Made by a program: the position numbers and the translations under genes
Notes under the pieces: model-generated
The model's database searches: none
What the model was told of the DNA's origin: nothing
What the model saw: the letters and a program-made list of their open reading frames with translations, nothing else
Shown here: positions 51,623 to 61,279 of the stretch, one piece after another
Position numbering within the stretch: position 1 is the stretch's first letter
Layout: every line of letters begins with the position of its first letter
Sequence record: PZ452598.1
DNA length: 64,000 nucleotides
Reading direction: 5' to 3' (one strand)
Source of the DNA: a phage

Positions 51623-52126
51623 TCAAGTATTGTAAAACATTTGATGCAATCGCTTATATTGCTGAATCATTCGGTCAGAAAAAGAAATTTGAGTTTCAAG
51701 CCATTCAATGTACTCTGCGGCAGCTTGCATTAAATTTCCTTCATAGCCATCGTTATTTTCTTGTGCAGCTAATTTAGCTAATGCGTATGAAATACGTTCA
51801 CCTTGAAAATCGGCTTTAGGCTTCTGAACAACTTGATTAGTTCGCTCTACAACTTCTTCAATTTCGCCATTTTCTACTGATTCAGTATTCCACAAACACC
51901 AATACGTAATTGGCTTATCGTAGATGTTAATAATCTTTCCATCAGAAAGTTCAATTTCAATAATTCCAGTGTCAGGCTCTATATCATCTTCACATTCTTT
52001 TACAAGTTCACGAACTTTAAAGACAGTACCTGCACTAAGTTCCGGCCAGTAATTACACAGCCCTGTATCAGCACGATTAATTCTAAACCATTTATCTACT
52101 GTAATCATGTCCCATCTCCATATCAA
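51623..52126 (-). CDS. hypothetical protein (161-167 aa), pin position
   Basis: ORF track; position downstream of gene 49 as T4 pin. Confidence 0.5.
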   Translation of the reverse strand: MIWRWDMITVDKWFRINRADTGLCNYWPELSAGTVFKVRELVKECEDDIEPDTGIIEIELSDGKIINIYDKPITYWCLWNTESVENGEIEEVVERTNQVVQKPKADFQGERISYALAKLAAQENNDGYEGNLMQAAAEYIEWLETQISFSDRMIQQYKRLHQMFYNT

Positions 52127-52231
52127 TTAAGTCATTTATCGTTGGTTCATTATACACCGTTTCTTCATCAGTGTAAACCGGTTCTTCCGGCTCTGGCTCT
52201 ACAGTTTCCCATCTAGCCGCCCACCAAGGTT

Positions 52232-52552
52232 TTATAGCGTAATCCATTCTCGTACTGTCTGAGTTACTACACGTTCTCGAAGCTCAACCAGTTCAACAGT
52301 AGGAACTGCATAATACCAGTCAGAATGGTAAGAACCTGAGCGAGATTCATTTACAGCCACATGTACATTATGTTTTGGACTAAAATAAACACACTGACGA
52401 TATTGGCATTTACCATCTTGCACCCAGTCTTCTATTTCGATAGGTTTAAGATAGTCGGAAAAATCGAAATCATAGTTTTCCGAAAATGCATCATGGTCTT
52501 CAATGATTTCGCTCAGAACTGCATCAACATCTAATTTATTTTCAATATTCAT
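52232..52552 (-). CDS. hypothetical protein (106 aa)
   Basis: ORF track. Confidence 0.5.
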   Translation of the reverse strand: MNIENKLDVDAVLSEIIEDHDAFSENYDFDFSDYLKPIEIEDWVQDGKCQYRQCVYFSPKHNVHVAVNESRSGSYHSDWYYAVPTVELVELRERVVTQTVREWITL

Positions 52553-52857
52553 TTTTCACACCACCAACTGCTTACTTCAAAATCGGGTTCGCCATGTTCC
52601 CAGAACCAGGGGCCGATAGGAATCCACTTACCTTCATCGGTGACGTCATATTCTTCGGATTTAAGCCCAACGTATCGCCATTCGACTTCATAAGCGGTAC
52701 CACCGATTACAACTGTGTTCTCGCCATACGGGTTAGACACAACAAAGTCTATACCTTCTGCTTTAGCTAACCAAATCATGTATTCATAGAGTTTATATTC
52801 CAGGTCGCCTTCTGTTCCATCGCCTAGAAAAATAATTTGTTCATTTAATTCTATCAT
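52549..52857 (-). CDS. hypothetical protein (102 aa)
   Basis: ORF track. Confidence 0.5.
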   Translation of the reverse strand: MIELNEQIIFLGDGTEGDLEYKLYEYMIWLAKAEGIDFVVSNPYGENTVVIGGTAYEVEWRYVGLKSEEYDVTDEGKWIPIGPWFWEHGEPDFEVSSWWCEK

Positions 52858-53117
52858 TTAAAGTATTCCCGCAATTGGTCAAATCCACCAATATGACTTC
52901 CATCAGGAGCAAATACCTGAGGCATTGTTAAGCCGATTTGAGTATCACGACCTAGTTTAGTCAGAAGCTCAGCAATTTTCTCATCATCAAAAACACCTTT
53001 TTCCGGCATAATGTTGATAAATTCAAACGGCTGTTTCTTCACAGTCAAAAGACGTTTTGCATTATCGCAATACACACATTTATGAATGTTGCTATCATAA
53101 CCATATACTTTAAACAT
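52854..53117 (-). CDS. nrdC: thioredoxin/glutaredoxin NrdC (87 aa)
   Basis: CVYC active site; 87 aa. Confidence 0.85.
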   Translation of the reverse strand: MFKVYGYDSNIHKCVYCDNAKRLLTVKKQPFEFINIMPEKGVFDDEKIAELLTKLGRDTQIGLTMPQVFAPDGSHIGGFDQLREYFK

Positions 53118-53118
53118 A

Positions 53119-53361
53119 TTATTCCTTAATTCCTAGTACTTGTTTAAAAGTCTCGTCGTAATCAAGACTTTGGCCCGTTTGTTCTTTATGCTTGTATATA
53201 ATATCACTTACTTCTGATAGCATATTTTTATATGAACGAGTTAAAGCAGATTTAAGCACGCTGTATCTATCAGGAAATTTACCGTGTTCATTATAATAAG
53301 CTATTGCTAATTCACGGACTGCCTTTTCAGCAGTCTCCATATATTCTTTACGCTTTGTCAT
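53119..53361 (-). CDS. hypothetical protein (about 80 aa from internal Met)
   Basis: ORF track 53119..53502; upstream part overlaps next ORF so start is likely internal. Confidence 0.4.
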
Positions 53362-53662
53362 TTTCTTCTCGGTCAAATCGGTGTTTACAATGGCGACATT
53401 TATAACGAAGATTATTAGTCTGCCAATGGACCAATTGCACCTGTTCAGTTCCACATTCAGGGCAATTAGGAACGTTTTTAGAAGCCCTTTCGCGACGTTC
53501 AACCATGACCATTACAGAATCCCAATTAACAGGAGGGCTATAATCATCACAACCATAAATCTTTCCACGCATTTCCAGATCGTCTTCTTCACCAGCCATA
53601 ATAATTTTAATTAGACTAGAATTACTTGAAGCTGCAATGTCTTCTAATAGACGCTTTTTCAT
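53348..53662 (-). CDS. zinc-ribbon protein (104 aa)
   Basis: CPECG...CRHC C-terminal zinc ribbon. Confidence 0.5.
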
Positions 53663-54585
53663 TTCAATACCTCAATAGCATTACGTAAACCATTTGCTTT
53701 GGCGGTTAAATCCTTAAGAACTTTAGTATGCTCTTCAATCTGTTTTTCAACTTCAATCAAACGGGTACTGAGATATTCGCGTTCTTCTTTCATAGTATCA
53801 TTCCCATGATTGGGCTTTGGCGTAGGTTTAAATTTATTAGGGTCCTTTAACTTAATAACAACTTTAGTTTCAAACAGTGAAAGACCATAATTCGTATTAT
53901 CATCAAAGGATTCAACTACGTCCATTTTAGACAATAACGTACGAAGATTATAAGTCAAAGAACGAATCGTTTTATTATGTTTATTAGCTTCACATGGTTT
54001 CATATATGGAAGATTTTTATATATTTCATGCGGAGCACAAACAATAATTAACAATTCAAATGGTCCATTCTGTGATGATGGAATGAATTTAGCCGTAACC
54101 CAATCTTTTACATTTACATTAATAGTACGATCATCGCCATGACAAAACAGTCTACGAGAATGCTTAAAAAGCATATTCACATTATTATTAAATTCGTGTG
54201 AAAACTCACTGGCAAATTTTTCTTTACTATCTTTAGAAAACCATTCTTCTAAATAAGTTCTTTTCACGTCGTTAATAATATTAAATGTAACAACATTATC
54301 ATTTGATACATTAGTCTCAATGTAGCTTGGATACATAAATTTTTTAACATTATTAACAGCTATCACAGAAGATAGTAATCGGGAACGTTTGAACCACTCG
54401 AGCAAAGAACCAAGAGAATGTGAATACGCATTTTGTGTATCTTTACAAATATGGTTTTCCCATCCAATATAGTCTAAAAAATCACGAAGAATATTATTGA
54501 TTACTTCTCTATGTCCTTTCTGATAATCACGATGTTTAGTAATAAGACTGTCAAAATAATCAATATAATGTTTACGAGTTTTCAT
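53659..54585 (-). CDS. hypothetical protein (308 aa), coiled-coil C-terminus; paralog family member 1
   Basis: ORF track; C-terminal heptad-like tail. Confidence 0.6.
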   Translation of the reverse strand: MKTRKHYIDYFDSLITKHRDYQKGHREVINNILRDFLDYIGWENHICKDTQNAYSHSLGSLLEWFKRSRLLSSVIAVNNVKKFMYPSYIETNVSNDNVVTFNIINDVKRTYLEEWFSKDSKEKFASEFSHEFNNNVNMLFKHSRRLFCHGDDRTINVNVKDWVTAKFIPSSQNGPFELLIIVCAPHEIYKNLPYMKPCEANKHNKTIRSLTYNLRTLLSKMDVVESFDDNTNYGLSLFETKVVIKLKDPNKFKPTPKPNHGNDTMKEEREYLSTRLIEVEKQIEEHTKVLKDLTAKANGLRNAIEVLK

Positions 54586-54639
54586 GTTCTTCTCACTTGG
54601 TTAATGATTTATACTCCGAGCCATCCTTGGCTTTAAATT

Positions 54640-55692
54640 TTACTTAATTAACTGCAAAGCTTGTTCTAGACGATCAAGACGATTAACGGATTCTTCCCAA
54701 ATCTTTTTAGCCTGCTCATATTCTTTCTGCGCTTTATTAGAAATTTCTAGAACTTCTTTATAAGCTTTTTCTAGTGCAATAACTTCTGGACGAATTTCTA
54801 TCGGTTCAGGTGAATCATCAAGACATTCCATTAGTTCCTCAAGGGTAGTTTCTTCTTTAGGAGTATTCACAATTTCATCACATTTTTGTTGGTAAATTTC
54901 TTTACTAGTAGGTGAATAAGCACATTTCACTTCACGAAGGCTAATTACGAGTTTATATCCTTCCCAACCGCATATATTCTTAAAAGGATATGTATGAATA
55001 TTTTCTACTGTTTCCATACAAAGTAATGCGGTCTCTAATTGACGAGTTATAGTGCTAGCAATTGAGAAAAATTTATTAATATTCTTTTGGTTAGTTTCTG
55101 GTGTAAAAAATCCATAATTCACAAAAATAGATACTTTATTTTTATCAAGTTCATATTCTTTTATGATAATCATATCAGAAGCCAAAGGATGAATTTGACG
55201 ATAATCGCCATAACATAATTTAGAAGCTGATTTTAGAATTTGCTTCTTGAAAAGTCTGAAATTACTAATCCAACGACGAGTAAAAATATTCTCAGGGTCT
55301 TCTTTATTATTGAGATGATAAGAATTAACATCACCGAACCAATTATATCCTACTACATCTTTAGTTCGTTTAATTTCTTTCCCAAAATTACCAAGAATAT
55401 CCCGATTAACCAAATATGAAAGAAGACGAGACTCTTTAAAGGTTTTCTTGATAACATCTTTATCTACACGGCTAGAAATTTTACGAATTTCATGAATAAA
55501 TTTAGTAGAAGAAACAATACTTGCATCAACACTATTGAGCCACTGATTGATAATAGAAAGAACGCTATTTTGGCCAAACATCGGTATAGCTTTATCATCA
55601 ATAACGCTATTGAATGATTTGATATATTCGTTACGAGTCATATTAATCTCCTCAGTAGAAAGTAAGAACATTATACCACATCCTTGTGGCAA
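54640..55692 (-). CDS. hypothetical protein (350 aa), paralog family member 2
   Basis: Shares FRLFKKQILKSASKL-type segment and coiled-coil tail with neighbours. Confidence 0.6.
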   Translation of the reverse strand: MPQGCGIMFLLSTEEINMTRNEYIKSFNSVIDDKAIPMFGQNSVLSIINQWLNSVDASIVSSTKFIHEIRKISSRVDKDVIKKTFKESRLLSYLVNRDILGNFGKEIKRTKDVVGYNWFGDVNSYHLNNKEDPENIFTRRWISNFRLFKKQILKSASKLCYGDYRQIHPLASDMIIIKEYELDKNKVSIFVNYGFFTPETNQKNINKFFSIASTITRQLETALLCMETVENIHTYPFKNICGWEGYKLVISLREVKCAYSPTSKEIYQQKCDEIVNTPKEETTLEELMECLDDSPEPIEIRPEVIALEKAYKEVLEISNKAQKEYEQAKKIWEESVNRLDRLEQALQLIK

Positions 55693-55702
55693 AGTAAACT
55701 AG
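55668..55702 (-). promoter_or_regulatory. early promoter (-35 GTTTAC 55695-55700, -10 TATAAT 55670-55675)
   Basis: Consensus early promoter on minus strand. Confidence 0.55.
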
Positions 55703-56721
55703 TTCAGTGCATTTAGTGCATTGTTCAGTTTAGAACGTTGCTTTGTCAGATTTTGAACCCTTGACTGAGCTTGTTCTAACGCCTTTTCAGCTTCTAGCAC
55801 TTCATTGGTCGCTTTAACTAATTCAGCATCTACTGCCTTAAGAGACTTCTCAATCGCATCCGCGTGCCATTTTTCAACAGGTTTAAGACTTGGATTTTCA
55901 ACAGGAAGAAAATTCACTTTATTGAATTTCCATGCATCTTTATTACCTGAGCTATACATCCAAAATTTAGGATCGTTTGATAAGTAATTAGATAAATTTA
56001 AGTTATCTTGCACTTCTTGCTTTTTCTCTTGTGTGACTTCGTCCTTTCTCAAAAATTCATATTTAAATGAAACGATCATATCAAGTTCATATGATGTTGT
56101 ATCTAACTTAAATCGTTCAAAACGAGGTAAAATCTTAGATTGAACAGCAGCAACAACATCCATATACTTAAATGCTTCTGTCAACTGCGATTTAAGGCAT
56201 TCGCAAATTGAAAGAGAATTTTTTGTATTAGGTTTAAAGCTAATTCGTGCAGTTCTATTATTTTCTTTTAACGGTCTTACTTCCATCTGAAGAGTATAAC
56301 CATCAAATTTCAGATTCTTTAAGTTAATGTCAGAGCCTTTTAATCGACTAGCAGTAGACAAAATTTGCTTTAATTGTCTACGGAACAGAGCAATAAATCT
56401 CCATTCAATACGATAATGATTTGGATTGAAAAATCCAGATGATAAATCGACCTTACTTTGACCAACGCCTTGAACAAATAGAGGATTTTTATAATCAATA
56501 GTTTTACAGAAATCGGTGAGCTGTTCACGAGCAGTCATTTGAGTAATATACCCTGCTTTACTAAAATTACGCACCCATTCACTGCTATTCGTATACTTAA
56601 AGTGATGAATAACACGATTAACTTTATCAGGGTCTAAATTATTTTCACACAAAAATGTCATAACATCACGAGTATAGCTGGCATTACGAACCATATCTTC
56701 AATTTGAGAACGAGTTTTCAT
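55699..56721 (-). CDS. hypothetical protein (340 aa), paralog family member 3
   Basis: Segment ALFRRQLKQILSTASRL and coiled-coil tail. Confidence 0.6.
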   Translation of the reverse strand: MKTRSQIEDMVRNASYTRDVMTFLCENNLDPDKVNRVIHHFKYTNSSEWVRNFSKAGYITQMTAREQLTDFCKTIDYKNPLFVQGVGQSKVDLSSGFFNPNHYRIEWRFIALFRRQLKQILSTASRLKGSDINLKNLKFDGYTLQMEVRPLKENNRTARISFKPNTKNSLSICECLKSQLTEAFKYMDVVAAVQSKILPRFERFKLDTTSYELDMIVSFKYEFLRKDEVTQEKKQEVQDNLNLSNYLSNDPKFWMYSSGNKDAWKFNKVNFLPVENPSLKPVEKWHADAIEKSLKAVDAELVKATNEVLEAEKALEQAQSRVQNLTKQRSKLNNALNALN

Positions 56722-56729
56722 GGTGTTCC

Positions 56730-57644
56730 TTAAGATTTAAGTAAATCAACAATTTTAATTAACTTTTCACGCTCAGATTTAGCTTTACTACTCAATCCAG
56801 ATAGTCTGAAAATTTCATCATCATATTGTTGAATAGAAATATTCAGCTCTTCAATTTGCTTATTAAAATAATCAATTTGTTCAGAATGTTTTTCGTTACT
56901 ACGAACTGGTACAGGTTTTGTAGGCAATTTAGTTGAACTGGATTCATTCGGGCGATAAATTAAAATGCAATTTGAACCAATCGGGCATTTAGCACCAGAT
57001 GAATATTCTAACGTTCCAGCTTCTTTTAAAACTTCAAAAGCTAAACAGAGATGATGCCCCATATTAACATAATCAGTAGAGCGAGCTCTGATGTAATAAT
57101 CATCTCCACGAGTGCTAAATTTAAAGCATTTAAGGTCTTCTGTATTATTAGTTTTAAAAATCATTTGTTTATCTAGACCTTTAGCCAATCGAGCACCTAA
57201 TGCTAATAATCGTCGTTGATTTTCCCACAAATCTGCGATCATTTGGTCAAATGATAATTTCGGCATTAGCCGACCATAAAGGTCATATCCTTTATTATAA
57301 TTGCGAAGGATTTCACTCGCATTAATACGAGACAACGCTCCAATTTTATTAAGGGCTTTCATAATACGATTAGATAAACTCATTCCAGACCCGTTTGTTC
57401 GCTGTAAATGTTTTTCTAATCCAAATCCAATATCAACTTTAAATTTATCTAAAATTTCAGCATGAACATCTCTGTCAATAACATTCAAATCCAAAGTTGG
57501 GTTAAATCTATGAAAAAATTTATCTGGCTCTCCACGACGTAAAACAGTCCATTCATTCATCATTTTTTTATTAACTAAAGATTTAATTACTGCGTTGACA
57601 TTATTAATTACTACTGACATATTTTCCTCACTCAATTTTACCAA
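56730..57644 (-). CDS. hypothetical protein (304 aa), paralog family member 4
   Basis: Segment LWENQRRLLALGARLAKG and coiled-coil tail. Confidence 0.6.
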   Translation of the reverse strand: MVKLSEENMSVVINNVNAVIKSLVNKKMMNEWTVLRRGEPDKFFHRFNPTLDLNVIDRDVHAEILDKFKVDIGFGLEKHLQRTNGSGMSLSNRIMKALNKIGALSRINASEILRNYNKGYDLYGRLMPKLSFDQMIADLWENQRRLLALGARLAKGLDKQMIFKTNNTEDLKCFKFSTRGDDYYIRARSTDYVNMGHHLCLAFEVLKEAGTLEYSSGAKCPIGSNCILIYRPNESSSTKLPTKPVPVRSNEKHSEQIDYFNKQIEELNISIQQYDDEIFRLSGLSSKAKSEREKLIKIVDLLKS

Positions 57645-58029
57645 TTACGCGGAATAAGATTGAACAGACTATATAAGTACCACATATAGATTGAACTAAT
57701 GCCATTCCAAAGAACCAAACAATATTATCAAACCATGTCTGTTTTACGTCGAAAGGACGTAAACTTACAGTAATATTATCACCTTTTTCTATTGAAGAAT
57801 ACATCTCTGGGGAAATATATTCACTAAATCTATAACCGTCTTTGAGTTCATATACAGCAATAAACGATAAACTAGACCCCTTTCCTTGAGTTCCTGTAAG
57901 GGTATTAACTACAGTAACATCATAATCTTTATAATGCATATAATCATTAATTGCGTAATAACCATATGCAATTACTATACATAAACAACATATCAATAAA
58001 TTCAATCTTTTAATTATCAACTGTTTCAT
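57628..58029 (-). CDS. membrane protein (133 aa)
   Basis: Two hydrophobic helices at N and C termini. Confidence 0.55.
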   Translation of the reverse strand: MKQLIIKRLNLLICCLCIVIAYGYYAINDYMHYKDYDVTVVNTLTGTQGKGSSLSFIAVYELKDGYRFSEYISPEMYSSIEKGDNITVSLRPFDVKQTWFDNIVWFFGMALVQSICGTYIVCSILFRVIGKIE

Positions 58030-58084
58030 AATAATCTCAATTAAAAGGGCTTAGAACCATTATACCATCCTTGGTATAAAGCGG

Positions 58085-58612
58085 TTATGCGAGTACCGTA
58101 TTTAACCGTTCTTCAAACTTCCGAAGAGTGTTCTGGCGTTCAGCTCTTTGCTTTTTGTAAGTTTCAATACGCTCTGAAATGAGAGTGTATCGTTCATTTA
58201 CTGATTCTTTCATAAAATCAGGAATTTCACGAGAAGCTTTAATCTCGTCAAATTTATCAATAACAGCTTGCTCTTCAGCAATTAAGTTATCATACATCAA
58301 AATATCTTTCTTGATGAACTCAATATCTTCTTGAGTTACACGAGATAATTTAGATGCTTTATCCTTTTTGTACTGTTCGTTAGTATCACGAGACCAGTGT
58401 AATGTACGATTTTTATTCGTATTCTTGTAAATTTCTACAATACCAATCTCATCGATAATAACGATCCAATTCCAACGGGATTTGTAAATTTGTCCTCCAT
58501 TAACAGTGATTTCACCTCCGATTGAGATGTCATTAAAGAACTTGCTTTGTGCTTCTGATTTAAATTTACCATCGTTGTAATTTACCAGGTTGAAAATATC
58601 TTTAGCGTTCAT
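58085..58612 (-). CDS. hypothetical protein (about 175 aa from Met at 58610-58612)
   Basis: ORF track 58085..58657; start moved to Met with GGAGGA SD downstream of promoter. Confidence 0.55.
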   Translation of the reverse strand: MNAKDIFNLVNYNDGKFKSEAQSKFFNDISIGGEITVNGGQIYKSRWNWIVIIDEIGIVEIYKNTNKNRTLHWSRDTNEQYKKDKASKLSRVTQEDIEFIKKDILMYDNLIAEEQAVIDKFDEIKASREIPDFMKESVNERYTLISERIETYKKQRAERQNTLRKFEERLNTVLA

Positions 58613-58637
58613 TTTGTGTTCCTCCGTAGTTGATAGT

Positions 58638-58672
58638 TGTATAGTACCACAGCTCAAACGGAAAGTAAACCG
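58638..58672 (-). promoter_or_regulatory. early promoter with conserved leader cassette (-35 GTTTAC 58665-58670)
   Basis: Same GTTTAC...GGTACTATACAACTATCAACTAC module as other copies. Confidence 0.5.
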
Positions 58673-58679
58673 GTAAAAT

Positions 58680-58704
58680 GAAAAAAAGTCTCCCGAAGGA
58701 GACT
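58680..58704 (-). terminator. intrinsic terminator
   Basis: AGUCUCC-UUCG-GGAGACU hairpin followed by UUUUUUU on minus-strand RNA. Confidence 0.65.
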
Positions 58705-58708
58705 AATG

Positions 58709-59095
58709 TTATTCGAGGGAAAGAAGATACTTACTCTGGTAAAACATTCCAGTAATATCATCTATCGTGCTTTGGATGGCTGGAGGCATTTCTTTATAAA
58801 TGCTGTTAGATTGGTCTAGTATGCGATCAATCATTTTAATTGTGTCGGTAGGAAGTTTACTGGCATCTGGAATTGAAGGCGTGTATTTTCGACCAGAATA
58901 CCCCAAATATTGCTCACCAAATTTATCAATCAAATCTGGCAACTCGGAAAAAATAAAATCGTATGCTTTGTGTCTAGCATAACTTTTAGTTTCAAAATGT
59001 GCAGAATGAAAATAAGCTTGTGCAGCCATTAATAAACCTAAGTATTCATCTGCCTTTGAAGGTTTTCCACTTTGTGAAAAGTCGCTGAATTTCAT
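58709..59095 (-). CDS. hypothetical protein (128 aa)
   Basis: ORF track. Confidence 0.55.
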   Translation of the reverse strand: MKFSDFSQSGKPSKADEYLGLLMAAQAYFHSAHFETKSYARHKAYDFIFSELPDLIDKFGEQYLGYSGRKYTPSIPDASKLPTDTIKMIDRILDQSNSIYKEMPPAIQSTIDDITGMFYQSKYLLSLE

Positions 59096-59385
59096 TCAGT
59101 CTCCAATTTAATGTTCATAATTCTAGCGTATGATTGTGCCATCTCCGCGCCTCGCTCTATACATTCAAAATCAGAAGAGCACGGGTCATTTTTATAGGTC
59201 GTTCTCATAAAACTATAGAATTGTTCAGACGATTCTACGCTTTTATTTTCAAAAAGCATATAAACGTGCCTAATACCAGATTCCATAAATTTATCAAAAT
59301 GAGGATCGACATTCGCTTCAATCGATGGAGATAAAACAAATGACAATCCTAGCATGGCAAAAAGTGCTGTTGCTTTTAAGGCCAT
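59092..59385 (-). CDS. rI: lysis-inhibition regulator rI-like periplasmic protein (97 aa)
   Basis: 97-aa ORF with N-terminal signal/anchor, adjacent to tk. Confidence 0.7.
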   Translation of the reverse strand: MALKATALFAMLGLSFVLSPSIEANVDPHFDKFMESGIRHVYMLFENKSVESSEQFYSFMRTTYKNDPCSSDFECIERGAEMAQSYARIMNIKLETE

Positions 59386-59397
59386 AAAGGCCTCCTA

Positions 59398-59610
59398 TCA
59401 TTTTTGTCCTGTATTTACTTTGTGCCGATGCACGGCCTTAACTTTATCAAGGTATTTTTCAAAATTTCGCAATCTAGTATAGTCTGCCGGAGATTGGTTG
59501 AGTGATACTTCTCGACGCAAAGCTGAAATGATATTTCCAACTTCCCTACGAATTTCATCTAATTGAAGAACAGTAAGATTGCGAAGTTGCTTTTCAGTTA
59601 ATTGTAGCAT
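59398..59610 (-). CDS. hypothetical protein (70 aa)
   Basis: ORF track; late promoter upstream. Confidence 0.5.
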
Positions 59611-59635
59611 ATATACCCCTTTAGTTAGATAAACC

Positions 59636-59643
59636 TATTTATA
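59636..59643 (-). promoter_or_regulatory. late promoter TATAAATA upstream of the rI gene block
   Basis: TATAAATA on minus strand about 25 nt upstream of ATG at 59608-59610. Confidence 0.55.
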
Positions 59644-59652
59644 ACTTTTGCA

Positions 59653-60234
59653 CTAACCGAGCTTTTTAGTTAATTCATTCCAATGTTTTCTACACAAAGA
59701 AACATAAATTTCATCACCAATACAAATTTGATTACCTTCTTTAACTGGTGTTCCATCTTCCATTAATCGAGCTGTCATAATCGCTTTTTTACCACAATGA
59801 CAAACTGCTTTTAGTTCAATAAGTTTATCTGCAATCGCTAAAAGTTCTTTAGAACCTTCAAATAATTTTCCAGCGAAATCAGTCCTTAGCCCATAAGCCA
59901 TAACAGGAACATTATATGTATCAACAATTCGGCTCAATTGATGCACCTGTTCAGTTTTTAAAAACTGAGCTTCATCTACAAATACGCAATGAATATCTTT
60001 TTGTGCTTCAGCCCATTTATAGAACTCGAAAATATCCATATCATCTGTAATAATATTCGCTTCCTGCTTAATTCCAATGCGAGAAACGACTTCACAGACA
60101 GAATCGCGAGTATCAATAGCAGGCTTAAGAACTAATACACTCATTCCACGTTCTTTATAATTATGTGCAGCAGTCAAAAGAGAAGCAGATTTTCCAGCAT
60201 TCATTGCTGCATAAGTAAAAATTAAACTCGCCAT
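59653..60234 (-). CDS. tk: thymidine kinase (193 aa)
   Basis: P-loop NAGKSAS and C-terminal zinc cysteines; 193 aa. Confidence 0.9.
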   Translation of the reverse strand: MASLIFTYAAMNAGKSASLLTAAHNYKERGMSVLVLKPAIDTRDSVCEVVSRIGIKQEANIITDDMDIFEFYKWAEAQKDIHCVFVDEAQFLKTEQVHQLSRIVDTYNVPVMAYGLRTDFAGKLFEGSKELLAIADKLIELKAVCHCGKKAIMTARLMEDGTPVKEGNQICIGDEIYVSLCRKHWNELTKKLG

Positions 60235-60235
60235 C

Positions 60236-60424
60236 TTAGTCCTTAGTTAAATTTTCTAAATATGTTTCTAAATCATTTTCAGCTTTATCGATAGATTTTA
60301 CTAATTCGTAATATGTTTCGGCATCTCCATATTCAGAAGATATTTCAAAAGACAAATCCTTTTCTAAACTAATAATTTCACCAACTAAAAATAATATTTC
60401 GTTCTTTTGTTCGCGAGTAATCAT
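60236..60424 (-). CDS. hypothetical protein (62 aa), tandem paralog
   Basis: ORF track; similar to next ORF. Confidence 0.45.
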   Translation of the reverse strand: MITREQKNEILFLVGEIISLEKDLSFEISSEYGDAETYYELVKSIDKAENDLETYLENLTKD

Positions 60425-60612
60425 AAGGAATTTATATAATCAATGAGTTCTTGTTCTTTATTATCGAATTCTTTAGAAAGTTCTTCGTACTCGTTTGCGC
60501 TAAAAGGACCGCATTCATTACAAACTTTTTCCAATTCACTATTTTTATCCATAACTTCGTGGATAAGAGAAAAGAGTGTGTCTTTTTGTTCTTTGCTTAA
60601 ACTCATAACCAT
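60421..60612 (-). CDS. hypothetical protein (63 aa), tandem paralog
   Basis: ORF track. Confidence 0.45.
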   Translation of the reverse strand: MVMSLSKEQKDTLFSLIHEVMDKNSELEKVCNECGPFSANEYEELSKEFDNKEQELIDYINSL

Positions 60613-60830
60613 GTCACCTTTAAGCAGTATTCTTCTACATGCTGTTTACGACCTTTCTTATCAATAAAGGTATATTCAACGAATGTTCCAATGTAGTCTT
60701 TATCTACATCATGTGGACTATTAATTGGACATTTAGTGCGACAAATGCGTTCCCATTGACGAATAATTACTGCCTTATTCTTTGGGTCATATGGATGTGG
60801 ATAATGTATATTCATAATAATGGTTCCCAA
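60603..60830 (-). CDS. hypothetical protein (75 aa)
   Basis: ORF track. Confidence 0.45.
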   Translation of the reverse strand: MGTIIMNIHYPHPYDPKNKAVIIRQWERICRTKCPINSPHDVDKDYIGTFVEYTFIDKKGRKQHVEEYCLKVTWL

Positions 60831-61279
60831 TCAACAATCACAATTTCTAATTTAGAGGAATATGTATCTAAAATCCCCTCAATAATATCCCAGTTCCCTT
60901 TACCTATGCCTGCACCAATCCTAGGCATATAGATTGTAGGTTTAATCAGTTTATTTTCACCAAACTCATTTAATTCTAACATACAATTCATTAAAGCGGA
61001 ATACTCAAAATTTGGCCCTGGTTGAAATTGAGTATAAAGATTGAAGCAGTAAGCTTTATGAGTCCTAAAGTATTTTTCATAGACTGAGTAAGAACCGAGT
61101 TTAGTTACATCACCCCATTCAGTCTGTAATTTATCAGCTTCCAAAATTTTAGGGAAAGCTTTGGTTAATTGACCCGCTACGCCTGAACCCATAGTATGAA
61201 AACAATTACATCCATGTGCAATATTTTTACCTTCAGCGAAAAGGGCGACAATATCGCCCTTGATATATTTTACAATCAT
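60812..61279 (-). CDS. macrodomain protein, TARG1/DarG-like putative ADP-ribosyl hydrolase (155 aa)
   Basis: Motifs KGDIVALF...IAHGCNC...MGSGVAGQL and MPRIGAGIGKGNW parallel the TARG1/DarG macro fold. Confidence 0.65.
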   Translation of the reverse strand: MIVKYIKGDIVALFAEGKNIAHGCNCFHTMGSGVAGQLTKAFPKILEADKLQTEWGDVTKLGSYSVYEKYFRTHKAYCFNLYTQFQPGPNFEYSALMNCMLELNEFGENKLIKPTIYMPRIGAGIGKGNWDIIEGILDTYSSKLEIVIVDWEPLL

